Positions 63,172-64,000 of a stretch of DNA of 64,000 nucleotides are shown piece by piece. The DNA comes from a phage. The stretch lies in the NCBI GenBank assembly GCA_024683775.1, contig GCA_024683775.1_4106.1; one strand, 5' to 3'. A model generated the notes under the pieces. That model had not been told where the DNA came from, ran no database searches, and was given only the letters and a program-made list of their open reading frames with translations. Position 1 is the first letter of the stretch. Each line of letters opens with the position of its first letter. A program made the translations under genes and the position numbers.

Positions 63172-63506
63172 TGGAATATTTTTTACACTTACTGCCGTGG
63201 TATATGAAAGTTAGTACTATGTACTATATTCTTAGTGCTGGATTCTACTTTCTGATGTGGTTCTTCAAACGACCAATTTCAGTATTCATCTCTGATAACA
63301 TGCTGCAATTAAAATTACACGCATGGTTTGGTATGGCGATGTTCATGCCTATTATTCACTACTCAATGATTAGTAGAGGGTTCCGTTCCAATGGTGAACC
63401 AATTATATTAGTATTCTATTGGGGTTCAACTATTGCATATGTAAGTTTGTTGTTGTTCCCAGTCGTTCATAAATTACGTGCTAAAGTTCCTGATGCGAGG
63501 TACTAA
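63168..63506 (+). CDS. small membrane protein, paralog family M
   Basis: 112 aa; tail ...LRAKVPDARY. Confidence 0.55.
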   Translation: MMEYFLHLLPWYMKVSTMYYILSAGFYFLMWFFKRPISVFISDNMLQLKLHAWFGMAMFMPIIHYSMISRGFRSNGEPIILVFYWGSTIAYVSLLLFPVVHKLRAKVPDARY

Positions 63507-63820
63507 TGGATATCGTAACATTGATTTACACGCTTTATTCATTCTATTTTATTATGTGTTGGGTTGGATTTTTATTTGTATTGAAGATGTTTGATTATGT
63601 TGAAAAACAGATAAAAGAATTTTGTATTCCTTTTATTGGGTCAACCATAATTAGTATTACTTGTTTGTATTATTTGGTATGTGATCCACCTGTTAATACA
63701 GCAATGATTGACTTCATGTTATTACCAACAACTGTTATTTTTTTATGTAGTCTGATGCCACCGATTAGTCGTGGGCTAACCGAATTTAGACGCAATCAAA
63801 AGCGTAAACGAGGGATGTGA
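63506..63820 (+). CDS. small membrane protein, paralog family M
   Basis: 104 aa, TM helices. Confidence 0.5.
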   Translation: MDIVTLIYTLYSFYFIMCWVGFLFVLKMFDYVEKQIKEFCIPFIGSTIISITCLYYLVCDPPVNTAMIDFMLLPTTVIFLCSLMPPISRGLTEFRRNQKRKRGM

Positions 63821-64000
63821 TGGAAATTGCACTTATTATATTAACTGCTATGTTGTTTATTAGTACAATTGTTATTATTGGCAAGTTCTTCTGTGTATCC
63901 TTCTTGGAAACCGTATACGATGAAATTGCTGATGACTATGAATTACATGCAGGATTTTTTACTACGTATTGGATTAGTTTATTACTACTTATCACTGTAT
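63820..64000 (+). CDS. small membrane protein, 3'-truncated by the window edge
   Basis: ATG 63820 overlapping the upstream stop; hydrophobic. Confidence 0.4.
   Translation, partial: MEIALIILTAMLFISTIVIIGKFFCVSFLETVYDEIADDYELHAGFFTTYWISLLLLITV

Overview
This window reads as a hyperplastic early/host-takeover region of a large virulent tailed phage: AT-rich (roughly 35% GC by eye), with about 140 short, tightly packed genes almost all on the + strand. Many stop/start codons overlap (ATGA, TAATG), and sigma70-type promoters and hairpin terminators are frequent. Genes I can recognise from sequence are a DenV-type pyrimidine-dimer glycosylase (61065-61580), a DNA cytosine-5 methyltransferase (11050-11910), a DnaQ/DexA-like 3'-5' exonuclease (667-1356), a sigma-70 family factor (40146-41111), a P-loop ATPase (61648-62418) and five free-standing HNH endonucleases. 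There is a tRNA island at about 21.6-28.9 kb that also contains several atypical tRNA-like elements. Only two genes are on the - strand: a beta-helix tailspike/depolymerase-like gene inside the tRNA island (24439-26136) and a 385-aa gene at 34214-35371. The most striking unexplained signals are: (1) more than 20 small paralogous ORFs with divergent N-termini that share a C-terminal E-E-x-[FY]-F-Q-x-S-[TL]-[VI] signature; (2) eight copies of a fused terminator-promoter cassette (GGGTTGAC-TTCG-GTCAGCCC-TTTTT-GCTATAAT); (3) apparent strong over-representation of the palindrome AGTACT, which also sits in promoter spacers and intergenic palindromes; (4) tandem arrays of mini-genes and of small membrane or secreted proteins. 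All calls come from reading the sequence; no database search was run, so products are motif-based inferences and most ORFs remain hypothetical.
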